From Squalus acanthias (lineage: Eukaryota), in contig JASTWF010000123.1 in NCBI GenBank assembly GCA_030390025.1, forward strand, positions 682,001 through 746,000: DNA of 64,000 bases, given 5' to 3'. Under the pieces are notes generated by a model. It did not search any database. It was not told where the DNA came from and was given only the letters and a program-made list of their open reading frames with translations. The translations under genes were made by a program, and so were the position numbers. Shown here piece by piece: positions 50,570 through 64,000 of the stretch. Position 1 is the first letter of the stretch. Each line of letters opens with the position of its first letter.

Positions 50570-51033
50570 ACCACAGAAGCCAGTTTTCAGCCAATTCGAT
50601 TCATTCCACGTGATATCAAGAAACGGCTGAGCACACTGGATACAGCAAAGGCTTTGGGCCCCGACAACATCCCGGCTGTCGTGCTGGAGATTTGTGCTCC
50701 AGAACTAGTCGCGTCTCTAGCCAAGCTGTTCCAGTACAGCTATAACACTGGCATCTATCCGACAATGTGGAAAACTGCCCAGGTATGTCCTGTCCAGTTC
50801 ACAAAAAGCAGGACAAATCCAATCCAGTCAATTACCGCCCCATCAGTCTACTCTCAATCATCAGCAAAGTGATGGGAGGTGTCGTCGACAGTGCTGTCAA
50901 ACAGCACACTTACTCACCAATAACCTGCTCACTGATGCCCAGTTTGGGTTCCGTCAGGACCACTCAGCTCCAGAACTCATTACAGCCTTGGTCCAAGCAT
51001 GAACAAAAGAGCTGAAGTCCAGAGGTGAGGTGA

Positions 51034-52919
51034 TACATAGATACATAGATACATAGAAGATAGGAGCAGGAGTAGGCCATCCGGCCCTTCGAGCCTGCTC
51101 CGCCATTTAATGAGATCATGGCTGATCCTTCAATTCAGTATCCCGTCCCCGCCTTCTCTCCGTAACCCTTAACCCCTTTTGCCTGTAGAAATATATCTAA
51201 TTCCCTCTTAAATATATTTAATGAGCTGGCGTACACTGCCCTCTGTGGCAATGAGTTCCACAGGTTCACCACCCTCTGAGTGAAGAAATTCCCCCTCATT
51301 TCTGTCCTAAATGGTTTAGCCCTTATCCTTAAATTATGTCCTCTAGTTCTGTTCTCACCCGCCAAGGGAAACATTCCTTCTGCATCTAGTCTGTCTAGAC
51401 CTGTCAGAATTTTATACACTTCTATGAGGTCCCCTCTCAATCTTCTAAACTCCAGTGTGTACATCCCTAAACTACATAGTCTCTCCTCATAGGTCAATCC
51501 CGCCATTCCTGGTATCAGCCTGGTGAATCGCCGCTGCACCCCCTCCATGGCAAGAACATCTTTCCTCAGATGAGGCGACCAAAACTGTACACAGTACTCG
51601 AGGTGTGGTCTCACCAGTGCCCTGTACAGCTGCAGCAAGGTATCCCTGTTCCTGTATTCCAACCCTTTTGCTATGAAGGCCAGCATACCGTTTGCCTTCT
51701 TGACCGCCTGTTGCACCTGCATGCTCGCCTTCAGTGACTGGTGTACAAGAACACCCAGGTCTCTCTGTACTTCCCCCTCTCCCAATTTATTGCCATTTAA
51801 ATAATAATTTGCCCTCCCGTTCCTGCACCCAAGGTGGATAACTTCGCACTTGTCCACATTATAGTGCATCTGCCATTTATCCGCCCAATCACCCAGTCTG
51901 TCCAAATCGCTCTGGAGCTTCCTGGTCTCCTCCTCTGAGCCCACCCCCCCTCCTAGTTTAGTGTCGTCTGCAAATTTGGAAATGCTGCATCCGACTCCCT
52001 GATCCAGGTCATTAATGTAAATTGTGAACAGCTGGGGACCCAGTACAGATCCCTGTGGTACCCCACTTGTTACTGCCTGCCATTCAGAAAATGAGCCGTT
52101 TATTCCAACTCTCTGTTTTCTATCTGACAGCCAGTTCTCTATCCACGTCAATACTTTCCCCTTTATCCCATGAGCTTCAATTTTCCATGCTAATCTTTTA
52201 TGTGGGACCTTGTCGAAGGCCTTTTGGAAGTCCAGGTACACCACATCTACTGGCTCTCCCCCATCTATTTTACCAGTTACTCCCTCAAAAAATTCCAATA
52301 GATTAGTCAAGCACGATTTACCCTTTGTAAATCCATGTTGACTCTGTCCTATCCTGTCCCCATTTGCTAAGTGCTCCGCTATTTCATCCTTAATGATGGA
52401 CTCCAGCATTTTGCCCACAACTGATGTAAGGCTTACAGGTCTGTAATTACCTGCTTTTTCCCTACCCCCCTTTTTGAATAGTGGGGTAACGTTAGCTAGC
52501 CTCCAATCCATGGGCACTGTTCCCGAGTCTAATGAATTCTGAAAAATCATACTTAGTGCATCCGCTATCTCTAGGGCCACCTCCTTCAGTACCCTAGGAT
52601 GCATGTTATCAGGCCCTGGGGATTTGTCCGCCTTCAATCCCTTTAGCTTCCTTAACACCATATCCTTAGAGATATTGATTTGCGTCAGTTCCTCCTTTGC
52701 CAATGTCCCTATTTTTCCCGATATCCCAGGGAGGTTTTTTGTGTCTTCCTTCGTAAAGACTGACCCAAAGTATGCATTTAGTTGGTCTGCCATTTCCTTA
52801 TTTCCCATTATATATTCCCCCGTATCTGACTGCAATGGACCAACTTTGGTTTTCACCAGTCTTTTCCTCTTGATATACTTATAAAAGCTTTTGGAGTTAG
52901 TTTTTATATTTTATATTAT
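51034..52919 (-). mobile_element. 5'-truncated CR1 (duplicate of 6511-8396)
   Basis: ORF 51135-52856; same TSD. Confidence 0.95.
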
Positions 52920-53123
52920 AGGTGAGAGTGACTGCTCTTGACATCAAGGCAGCATTTGACCAAGTGTGGCATCAAAGAGCCCTGGTAAAACTGAAGTCAA
53001 TGGGTATCGGGGGGAAAACTCTCCAATGGCTGGAGTCATACGAAGCACAAAGGAAGATGGTTGTGGTGGTTGGAGGTCAATCATTGCTGCTGGAGTTCCT
53101 CAGGGCAGTGTCCTAGGCCCAAC

Positions 53124-54928
53124 CATAGATACATAGATACATAGAAGATAGGAGCAGGAGTAGGCCATTCGGCCCCTCGAGCCTGCTCCGCCATTCGATG
53201 AGATCATGGCTGATCATCCAAACTCAGTACCCTATACCTGCCTTCTCCCCATATCCCTTGATACCTTTAGCTTTAAGAAATATATCTAACTCATTCTTGA
53301 ATATGTTCAATGACTTGGCCTCAACTACCTTCTGCGGTAGAGAATTCCACAGGTTCACCACTCTCTGGGTGATGAAATTCTTCCTCATTTCTGTCCTAAA
53401 TGGCTTACCCGTTATCCTTAGATTATGACCCCTGGTTCTGGACTCTCCGACCATCGTGAACATTCTTCCTGCATCTAGTTTGTCCAGACCTGTCAGAATT
53501 TTATATGTTTCAATGAGATCCCCTCTCATTCTTCTATACTCCAGCGAGTATAAGCCCAATCGACCCAATCTCTCCTCATATGTCATTCCTGCCATCCCAG
53601 GTATCAGCCTTGTGAATCTTCGCTGAACTCCTTCCATGGCAAGAACATCCTTCCTCAGATAAGGCGACCAAAACTGCACACAGTACTCAAGGTGTGGTCT
53701 CACCAAGGCCCTGTACAACTGCAGCAGGACATCCCTGTTCCTATACTCAAACCCTTTCGCTATGAAGGCCAACATACCATTTGCCTTCTTCACCGCCTGC
53801 TGCACCTGCATGTTTACTTCAGCGACTGGTGCACAAGGACACCCAGGTCTCGTTGCACTTCCCCTTCTCCCAATCTATTGCCATTCAGATAATAGTCTGC
53901 CTTTCTGTTTTTGACACCAAAGTGGATAACCTCGCACTTATCCACGTTATATTGCATCTGCCACGCTTCTGCCCACTCACCCAACCTGTCCAAATCATCC
54001 TGGAGTTTCTCGGTATCCACCTCGCAGCACACACGCCCACCCAGCTTTGTGTCATCTGCAAACTTGGAGATATTACATTTAGTTCCCTTATCTAGATCAT
54101 TAATGTATATTGTGACTAGCTGGGGTCCAAGGACCGATCCCTGCGGTACCCCACTAGTCACTGCTTGTCACTCGGAAAAAGACCCATTAATTCCTACTCT
54201 CTGCTTTCTGTCCGCCAACCAGTTCTCTATCCATGTCAATACCTTGCCCCCAATCCCATGTGCCTTAACTTTACACGCTAATCTCTTATGCGGGACCTTA
54301 TCGAAAGCCTTTTGAAAGTCCAAATACACCACATCTACTGGTTCTCCCTTATCTATTTTCCCAGTTACATCCTCAAAAAATTCCAGTGGATTAGTCAAGC
54401 ACGATTTACCTTTTGTAAATCCATGTTGACTTTGTCCGATCCTGTCACTGGTTTTCAAGTGCTCAGCTATTACATCCTTTATAATGGACTCTAGCATTTT
54501 CCCCAATACCGATGTCAGGCTTACCGGTCTGTTATTCCCCGCTTTCTCTCTACCACCCTTTTTGAATAGTGGGGTAACATTAGCTACCCTCCAATCCATG
54601 GGTACTGTTCCAGATTCCATCGAATGTTGGAAGATGATCAGCAATGCATCTACTATTTCTAGGGCCACTTCCTTAAGTACCCTAGGATGTAGATTATGCA
54701 ACCCTGGGGATTTATCGGCCTTCAATCCCGTCAATTTCCCTAACACCATTTCTCTGCAAATACTGATTTCTTTCAGTTCCTCCCTTTCATCAGACCATAT
54801 GTTCTCCAACATCTCTGGGAGGTTATTTGTGTCCTCCTTTGTGAAGACAGAACCAAAATACGCATTTAATTGGTCTGCCATTTCTTTGTTCCCCATTATA
54901 ACTTCCCCGCTTCTGACTGCAAGGGACC
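53124..54928 (-). mobile_element. 5'-truncated CR1 (duplicate of 8601-10405)
   Basis: RT fragments 54168-, 53814- and 53224-. Confidence 0.93.
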
Positions 54929-54941
54929 TACACTTGATTTC

Positions 54942-56006
54942 AGTATCTGGTCTTGGTGTGTATTCTCCCAGTATCTGATCTTGGTGTGTATTCCCCCAGT
55001 ACCTGGTCCTGGTGTGTATTCCCCCAGTATCTTGTCCTGGTGTGCATTCCTCCAGTATCTGGTCCTGGTGTGTATTCCCCCAATATCTGGTCCTGGGTTG
55101 TATTCCCCCAATATCTGGTCCTGGGTTGTATTCCCCCAATATCTGGTCCTGGGGTGTATTCCCCCAGTATCTGGTCCTGGGGTGTATTCCTCCAGTATCT
55201 GGTCCTGGGTTGTATTCCCCCAGTACCTGGTCCTGGTGTGTATTCCCCCAGTATCTGGTCCTGGGTTGTATTCCCCCAGTATCTGGTCCTGGTGTGTATT
55301 CCCCCAGTATCTGGTCCTGGGGTGTATTCCTCCAGTATCTGGTCCTGGTGTGTATTCCCCCAATATCTGGTCCTGGGTTGTATTCCCCCAATATCTGGTC
55401 CTGGGGTGTATTCCCCCAGTATCTGGTCCTGGTGTGTGTTCTCCCAGTATCTGGTCCTGGGTTGTATTCCCCCAGTATCTGGTCCTGGTGTGTATTCCCC
55501 CAGTATCTGGTCCTGGGTTGTATTCCCCCAGTATCTGGTCCTGGTGTGTATTCCCCCAGTATCTGGTCCTGGGTTGTATTCCCGCAGTATCTGGTCCTGG
55601 GTTGTATTCCCCCAGTATCTGGTCCTGGGTTGTATTCCCGCAGTATCTGGTCCTGGGTTGTATTCCCGCAGTATCTGGTCCTGGGTTGTATTCCCGCAGT
55701 ATCTGGTCCTGGTGTGTATTCCCCCAGTACCTGGTCCTGGGTTGTATTCCCCCAGTACCTGGTCCTGGGTTGTATTCCCCCAGTATCTGGTCCTGGTGTG
55801 TATTCCCCCAGTATCTGGTCCTGGGTTGTATTCCCCCAGTATCTGGTCCTGGTGTGTATTCCCCCAGTATCTGGTCCTGGTGTGTATTCCCCCAGTATCT
55901 GGTCCTGGTGTGTATTCCCCCAGTATCTGGTCCTGGTGTGTATTCCCCTAGTATCTGGTCCTGGGTTGTATTCCCCCAGTATCTGGTCCTGGTGTGTATT
56001 CCCCCA
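54942..56006 (+). repeat. 28-bp minisatellite
   Basis: Same unit. Confidence 0.97.
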
Positions 56007-56380
56007 ATGACTGTACTTTGTGGATGCCCTCTTACATGTAACTGAGAACCTCCCCCTATATCTGGTCTTAGTGTATATTCACCCTAAATCTGGTCTTGGG
56101 GTGTATTCCCCCAATGACTGAACTTGGGGATTCCCTCACACAGGTCCTTGGGTGCATTTTCCCAATGCTTGTACTGGGGGTGGGTGTCGGGGTGGTGGTG
56201 ATTCCCTCATACACGGGACTGGGAATATCCTGCAATATCTGGTCCTGCCTATATTCTCCAAATACTGTTTATACTGGGGTGATTCCTTCCTAAATGGGAA
56301 TGGGAATCTCCCCATATGTTTGATCCTGGAATGCATTCCCAAATCACTGTACTTCGGGGGATTCCCTCGTACATGGGACT

Positions 56381-57776
56381 GGGATTGATACAGGGCTATG
56401 GGGAGAGATTGGAGCAGTGGGATTAGTTTGGGATTGATACAGGGCTATGGGGAGAGAGTAGGGCAGTGGGATTAGTTTGGGATTGATACAGGGCTATGGG
56501 GAGAGAGTGGAGCAGTGGGAATAGTTTGGGATTGATACAGGGCTATGGGGAGAGATTGGAGCAGTGGGATTAGTTTGGGATTGATACAGGGCTATGGGGA
56601 GAGAGTAGGGCAGTGGGATTAGTTTGGGATTGATACAGGGCTATGGGGAGAGAGTGGAGCAGTGGGAATAGTTTGGGATTGATACAGGGCTGTGGGGAGA
56701 GAGTGGAGCAGTGGGATTAGTTTGGGATTGATACAGGGCTGTGGGGAGAGATTGGAGCAGTGGGATTAGTTTGGGATTGATACAGGGCTGTGGGGAGAGA
56801 GTGGAGCAGTGGGATTAGTTTGGGATTGATACAGGGCTGTGGGGAGAGAGTGGAGCAGTGGGATTAGTTTGGGATTGATACAGGGCTGTGGGGAGAGAGT
56901 GGAGCAGTGGGATTAGTTTGGGATTGATACAGGGCTGTGGGGAGAGAGTGGAGCAGTGGGATTAGTTTGGGATTGATACAGGGCTATGGGGAGAGAGTGG
57001 AGCAGTGGGATTAGTTTGGGATTGATACAGGGCTGTGGGGAGAGAGTGGAGCAGTGGGATTAGTTTGGGATTGATACAGGGCTGTGGGGAGAGAGTGGAG
57101 CAGTGGGATTAGTTTGGGATTGATACAGGGCTGTGGGGAGAGAGTGGAGCAGTGGGATTAGTTTGGGATCGATACAGGGCTGTGGGGAGAGAGTGGAGCA
57201 GTGGGATTAGTTTGGGATTGATACAGGGCTGTGGGGAGAGAGTGGAGCAGTGGGATTAGTTTGGGATTGATACAGGGCTGTGGGGAGAGAGTGGAGCAGT
57301 GGGATTAGTTTGGGATTGATACAGGGCTGTGGGGAGAGAGTGGAGCAGTGGGATTAGTTTGGGATTGATACAGGGCTGTGGGGAGAGAGTGGAGCAGTGG
57401 GATTAGTTTGGGATTGATACAGGGCTGTGGGGAGAGAGTGGAGCAGTGGGATTAGTTTGGGATTGATACAGGGCTGTGGGGAGAGAGTGGAGCAGTGGGA
57501 TTAGTTTGGGATTGATACAGGGCTGTGGGGAGAGAGTGGAGCAGTGGGATTAGTTTGGGATTGATACAGGGCTGTGGGGAGAGAGTGGAGCAGTGGGATT
57601 AGTTTGGGATTGATACAGGGCTGTGGGGAGAGAGTGGAGCAGTGGGATTAGTTTGGGATTGATACAGGGCTGTGGGGAGAGAGTGGAGCAGTGGGATTAG
57701 TTTGGGATTGATACAGGGCTGTGGGGAGAGAGTGGAGCAGTGGGATTAGTTTGGGATTGATACAGGGCTGTGGGGA
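56381..57776 (+). repeat. 49-bp minisatellite
   Basis: Highly homogeneous units. Confidence 0.97.
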
Positions 57777-57817
57777 GGAGTATTTGCCAGAAGCCAAACC
57801 ACAAGCAGCTGGTTCAT

Positions 57818-57851
57818 TGTAATAATAACCCATGGCCACTGGGTGGCAGTG
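57818..57851 (+). promoter_or_regulatory. CTCF-like site
   Basis: TGGCCACTGGGTGGCAGTG with upstream TGTAAT. Confidence 0.4.
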
Positions 57852-58748
57852 CAACTGCACCAGATGTAGAGGGGCTGCTGGGAATGTCAGTGAAATTGCA
57901 GCACAGGTCGATCCCACAGATCTGAGCCAGTGGGAGTTCTTCAACTGAGTCTGTCTGCCTCTAAAAGGTTTGGGCAGGGAATGGCTTAAACAGTTAGTAC
58001 CTCATTGACAGTGAAGAGCTTTCGAACATCCATAGGATGTTAAAGGCATTTAATAAATATCTCCCTCTGTCTCTCTCTCTCTCTGTCTCTTTCTCTCACA
58101 CTCTCAGTTTCACTCTGTTCCTTACTCTCACTCTCTCTCTCTCTCCTGCTGCCTCTGTCACTCTCTCTGGCTCTCCATGTTTCTCTCTGTGTCTGTCTGT
58201 CTCTCTCTCTCTGTCTCTCTCTCACTCTCCCTCTCTCTCCCTCACTCACTCTCCCTCTCACTTTCTCTCCCTCTCTCCCTTTCTCTGACTCTCTTAGGCT
58301 GGCAGGAGGGTGTAAGATGGCGGGAGGGTAAGATGGCGGGAGGGTAAGATGGCGGGAGGGTAAGATGGCTTGAGGGTAAAATGGTGGGTGGGTAAGATGG
58401 CGGGAGGGTAAGGTACGGGAGAGTAAGGTACGGGAGGGTAAGATTGCAGGAGGGTAAGATGATGTCCTCCTCCTTTAAGACGCTCCTTAAAACCTCCCTC
58501 TTTGACCAAGCTTTTGGTCATCTGTCCTTTTGTAGCTCAGTGCCAAATTTTGTTTGATATCGCTCCTGTAAAGCGCCTTGGGACGTTTTACTGCATTAAA
58601 GGTGCTGTATAAAAGAGAGAGAAAAAGAGCAAATAGAGAGTGAGGGACGATAGAGTGAGACAGAGAGAATGGAGAGATAGAATAGAAAGAGATTGAAAGA
58701 TATATATAGAGAGAGACAGAAATAGAGTTTGCTCACAGTCACGGGGTA

Positions 58749-59329
58749 TGCCCAGGTATGTGCTGTCCAGTTCACAAAAAGCAGGACAAATCTAATCCAG
58801 CCAATTACCGCCCCATCAGTCTACTCTCAATCATCAGCAAAGTGATGGAAGGTGTCGTCGACAGTGCAGTCAAACAGCACTTACCAATAACCTGCTCACT
58901 GATGCCCAGTTTGGGTTCCGTCAGGACCACTCTGCTCCAGACCTCATGACAGCCTTGGTCCAAGCATGAACAAAAGAGCTGAAGTCCAGAGGTGAGGTGA
59001 GAGTGACTGCCCTTGACATCAAGGCAGCATTTGACCGAGTGTGGCATCAAAGAGCCCTGGTAAAACTGAAGTCAATGGGCATCGGGGGGAAAACTCTCCA
59101 ATGGCTGGAGTCATACCAAGCACAAAGGAAGATGGTTGTGGTGGTTGGAGGTCAATCATCACAGCCCCAGGACATCGCTGCAGGAGTTCTTCAGGGCAGT
59201 GTCCTAGGCCCAACCATCTTCAGCTGCTTCATCAATGACCTTCCCTCCAACATAAGGTCAGAAGTGGGGATGTTCGCTGATGATTGCACAGTGTTCAGTG
59301 CCATTCACAACTCCTCAGATAATGAAGCA
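58749..59329 (+). mobile_element. Decayed LINE RT fragment (duplicate of 14762-15342)
   Basis: Same peptides. Confidence 0.87.
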
Positions 59330-59501
59330 GTATCCCTCAATATCTTTTCCTTGGGTGTATTCCTCTAATGACGGAGCTGGTGGCGGGTGGGGAGGGTTCC
59401 CTCTTACATGCGACTACGAATCCCTCCCAATGTCTGGTCCTGGGATATATTCCCCAATGACTGTACTTCGGGGGATTCCATCGTGCAGGCGACTCGGAAT
59501 C

Positions 59502-60665
59502 TCAACAACAACAACTTATATTTATATAGCGCCTTTAATGTAAAAAAAGTCCCAAGGCGCTTCACAGGAGTGTTCGCAAAAATAAATTTGACACCGAGGC
59601 ATATAAGGAGATGTTAGGGCAGATGACCAAAAGCTTGGTAAAGTGGTAGGTTGTAAGGAGAGTCTTAAAGGATGAAAGAGAAGTAGAGAGACGGAGAGAT
59701 TTAGGGAGGGAATTCCCGAGCTAAGGGCCCAGGCAGCTGAAGGCACGACCACCAATGGTGGAGCATTTAAAATCGGGGATGTTCAAAAGTCCAGAATAGG
59801 TGGAGCACAGAGGTCTCGGGGGATTATAGGGCTGGAGGAGATTACAGAGAAAAGGAGGGGTGAGGCCATGGAGGGATTTGAAAACAAGGATGTGAATTTT
59901 AAAATCGAGGCGTTGCTTAACTGGGAGCCAATGCAGGTCAGCAAGCACAGGGAAGATGGGTTAGCAGGACTTGGTGCGAGTTTGCACAGGGGCGGCAGAG
60001 TTTTGGATGACCTCAAATTTATGGGGGATAGAACTAGGGAGGCCGGCCAGGAGTGCATTGGAATAGTTAAGTCTAGAGATGATAAAGGCATGGATGAGGG
60101 TTTCAGCAGCAGATACTTTGAGGACGGGCGATATTACGAAGGTGGAAATTGGCAGTCTTAGTGATAGAACGATATGAGTAAGAAGCTCAATTCGTGATGA
60201 AATATGACACCAAGGTTGCGAACAGACTTGGTCAGCCTTAGACATTTGTTGGGCAGAGAGATCGAATCAGTGGAAAGGGAATGGAGTCTTCCCGATATTT
60301 AATTGGAGGAAATTTTTATTCATCCAGTGCTGGATGTTGGACAAGCAGTCTGATAGTATAGAGATGGTGGAGGGTTCAAAAGAGGTGGAGGAGAGGTAGA
60401 GCTGGGTATCAGCAGCGGACATGTGAGAACTCACGCTGTGTTTTCGGATGATGTCACCGAGGGGCAACATGTAGATGAGAAATAGGAGGGGGCCAAGGAT
60501 AGATCCTTGGGGGACACCAGAGGTGACAGTGCGGGATCGGGAAGAGAAGCCATTGCAGGTGATTCTATGGTTACGGTTGGAGAGATAGGAATTAAACCAG
60601 GCAAGTGCAGTCCCATCCAGCTTGACGACGGTGGAGAGGCGTTGGAGCAGAATTTTGTGGTCAAT
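59502..60665 (-). mobile_element. L2 3' fragment (duplicate)
   Basis: Matches 15515-16678. Confidence 0.88.
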
Positions 60666-61229
60666 CTCCCCCAATATTTGGTCCTGGGGTGTATTCCCTC
60701 AAATACTGTACGAGAGGGATTCCCTCACACATGGGACTGGGAAACTCCCCAAATATCAGATCCTGGGGTGTATTCCCCACAATATCGAGTCCTATTGTGT
60801 ATTCCCCCAATGACTATACTGAGGTGATTCCCTCATGCATGAGACAGGGAGTCTCCCTCAATTACCCCCCAATGACTGTACTTCGAGGGTTTCCCCTCAT
60901 ACATGGGACTGTGAATCCCAACCCCCTCTCCAATATCTTGTCCTGGAGCGTATTCCCCCAATGAATTTGCTCGTAGGGGAATAACCTCATACATGCAAAT
61001 GCGACCCTCCTCCAATATCTGGTCCTGGATTTCTTCCCCCAATATTTGGTCCTGGTGTGTATTCCCCCAATGACTGTCCCTCGAGCGTTTCCCTCATATG
61101 TGGGGCATTAAATTCCACCGCCCACCCCCGCATCCCCTCCCCCCGCCGCAATATTGCGTCCTGGAAGGTATTCCTCCATTGAATGTGCTTGTGGGTGAAT
61201 TCCCTCATACATGCAGCTGGGAACCTCCC

Positions 61230-64000
61230 TCAATATCTGGTCCTCAGGTGTATCCTCAGTGTATCTAATCCTCGCGTGTATTCCCCCAGTATCTGGTCCT
61301 TGCGTGTATTCCCCCAGTATCTGGTCCTTGCGTGTATTCCCCCAGTATCTGGTCCTTGCGTGTATTCCCCCAGTATCTGGTCCTTGCGTGTATTCCCCCA
61401 GTATCTGGTCCTTGCGTGTATTCCCCCAGTATCTAATCCTTGCGTGTATTCCCCCAGTATCTAATCCTTGCGTGTATTCCCCCAGTATCTGGTCCTCGCG
61501 TGTATTCCCCCAGTATCTGCTCCTCGTGTGTATTCCCCCAGTATCTGGTCCTCGCGTGTATTCCCCCAGTATCTGGTCCTCGCGTGTATTCCCCCAGTAT
61601 CTGGTCCTCGCGTGTATTCCCCCAGTATCTAATCCTCGCGTGTATTCCCCCAGTATCTGGTCCTCGCGTGTATTCCCCCAGTATCTGGTCCTTGCGTGTA
61701 TTGCCCCAGTATCTGGTCCTCGCGTGTATTCCCCCAGTATCTTGTCCTCGCGTGTATTCCCCCAGTATCTTGTCCTCGCGTGTATTCCCCCAGTATCTGG
61801 TCCTCGCGTGTATTCCCCCAGTATCTGGTCCTCGCGTGTATTCCCCCAGTATCTGGTCCTCGCGTGTATTCCCCCAGTATCTGGTCCTCGCGTGTATTCC
61901 CCCAGTATCTGGTCCTCACGTGTAATCCCCCAGTATCTGGTCCTCGCGTGTATTCCCCCAGTATCTGGTCCTTGCATGTATTGCCCTAGTATCTAATCTT
62001 GTCGTGTCTTCCCACAATTTCTGGTCCTGGGGTAGATTCCCCAAAGACTGGATTGGGGGATTCCGTCATACATGGCCCTGGGAATCACCCACAATATCAG
62101 GTTCTGGTGTACATTCCCCCAATGCTTGTACTGAGGGAGGGGGTGTTGGTGATTCCCTCATACATGGGACTGGAAATATCCTCCAATATCTGATCCTGGT
62201 GTGTATTCCTCCAATATCTGGTCCTGGTGTGTATTCCTCCAATATCTGCTCCTGGGTTGTATTCCCCCAGTATCTGGTCCTGTTGTGTATTCCCCCAGTA
62301 TCTGTCCTGGTGTGTATTCCCCCAGTATCTGATCCTGGTGTGTATTCCTCCAATATCTGTTCCTGGGTTGTATTCCTCCAGTATCTGGTCCTGGTGTGTA
62401 TTCCCCCAGTAGCTGGTCCTGTTGTGTATTCCCCCAGTATCTGTCCTGGTGTGTATTCCCCCAGTATCTGATCCTGGTGTGTATTCCTCCAATATCTGTT
62501 CCTGGGTTGTATTCCTCCAGTATCTGGTGCTGGGGTGTTTTCCCTCAATATCTGTTCCTGGGTTGTATTCCTCCAATATCTGTTCCTGGGTTGTATTCCC
62601 CCAGTATCTGGTCCTGGGTTGTATTCCTCCAGTATCTGGTCCTGGGGTGTATTCCCCCAATATCTGTTCCTGGGTTGTATTCCTCCAGTATCTGGTCCTG
62701 GGTTGTATTCCTCCAGTATCTGGTCCTGGGGTGTATTCCCCCAGTCTCTGGTCCTGGTGTGTACTCCCCCAGTCTCTGGTCCTGGTGTGTTTTTCCCCAG
62801 TATCTGGTCCTGGGTTGTATTCCCCCAGTATCTGGTCCTGAGGTGTATTCTTCCAGTATCTGGTCCTGGTGTGTATTCCCCCAGTACCTGGTCCTGGTGT
62901 GTATTCCCCAATATCTGGTCCTGGTGTGTATTCCCCCAGTATCTGGTCCTGGAGTGTATTCCTCCAATATCTGGTCCTGGGGTGTATTCCCCCAGTATCT
63001 GGTCCTGGAGTGTATTCCTCCAATATCTGGTCATGCGGTATATTCCCCCAATATCTGGTTCTGGTGTGTATTCCCCCAGTATCAGGTCCTGGAGTGTATT
63101 CCTCCAATATCTGGTCCTGGGGTGTATTCCCCCAGTATCTGGTCCTGGTGTGTATTCCTCCAATATCTGTTCCTGGTGTGTATTCCTCCAATATCTGTTC
63201 CTGGGGTGTATTACCCCAATATCTGGTCTTGGGGTGTATTCCTCAATATCAGGTCCTGGGGTGTATTTCCCCAGTATCTGGTCCTGGGGTGTATTCCCCG
63301 AATATCTGGTCCTGGGGTGTATTCCTCAATATCTGGTCCTGGTGTGTATTCCTCCAATATCTGGTCCTGATGTGTATTCCCCCAGTATCTGGTCCTGGGG
63401 TGTATTTCCCCAATATCTGGTCCTGGAGTGTGTTCCCCCAGTATCTGGTCCTGGGGTGTATTCCCCCAGTATCTGGTCCTGGGGTGTATTTCCCCAATAT
63501 CTGGTCCTGGAGTGTGTTCCCCCAGTATCTGGTCCTGGGGTGTATTCCCACAGTATCTGGTCCTGGGTTGTATTCCCCCAGTATCTGGTCCTGGGGTGTA
63601 TTCCCCCAGTATCTGGTCCTGGGGTGTATTCCCCCAGTATCTGGTTCTGGGGTGTATTTCCCCAGTATCTGGTCCTGGTGTGTATTCCCCCTGTATCTGG
63701 TCCTGGGGTGTATTCCCCCAGTATCTGGTTCTGGGGTGTATTCTTCCAGTATCTGGTCCTGGGGTGTGTTCCCCCAGTATCTGGTCCTGGGGTGTGTTCC
63801 TCCAGTATCTGGTCCTGGAGTGTATTCCACTAATATCTGGTTCTGGGGTGTATTCCCCCAGGATCTGGTCCTGGTGTGTATTCCCCCAGTATCTGGTTCT
63901 GGGGTGTATTCCCCCAGTATCTGGTCCTGGAGTGTATTCCACTAATATCTGGTCCTGGGGTGTATTCCCCCAGTATCTGGTCCTGGAGTGTATTCCACTA
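61230..64000 (+). repeat. 28-bp minisatellite with variant subarrays
   Basis: CTCGCGTG/CTTGCGTG variant at 61260-61980, standard units beyond 62180. Confidence 0.96.

Larger units (their letters stand above)
42914..61980 (+). repeat. Direct segmental duplicate of 1-~17400
   Basis: All elements recur in the same order at offsets of 42.9-44.5 kb; the 573-aa RT ORFs are identical. Confidence 0.95.

Overview
Repeat-dense vertebrate DNA, most likely from an elasmobranch (shark): it carries HE1-type and Deu-type SINEs and immunoglobulin IgW exons. The only host-gene sequence I can support is a 2.1 kb minus-strand cassette of three IgW heavy-chain exons: CH1 (28069-28382), CH2 (27120-27425) and a Cys-rich short-form secretory tail exon (26269-26447) that the ORF track misses. 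I found no V, D, J, RSS, further CH exons or TM exon by eye in the ~35 kb upstream or ~26 kb downstream. The CH1 exon is 1 nt short of the usual phase-1 frame. The cassette lies between two near-identical direct copies of a >=17 kb block (1-~17400 and ~42914-~61980). The rest is CR1, L2 and RTE LINEs (one near-full-length CR1 with an esterase ORF1), SINEs, Harbinger-type elements and four minisatellites (49, 16, 28 and 35 bp) that generate the long spurious ORFs. Repeat boundaries are approximate and family names come from recalled similarity, not database searches.
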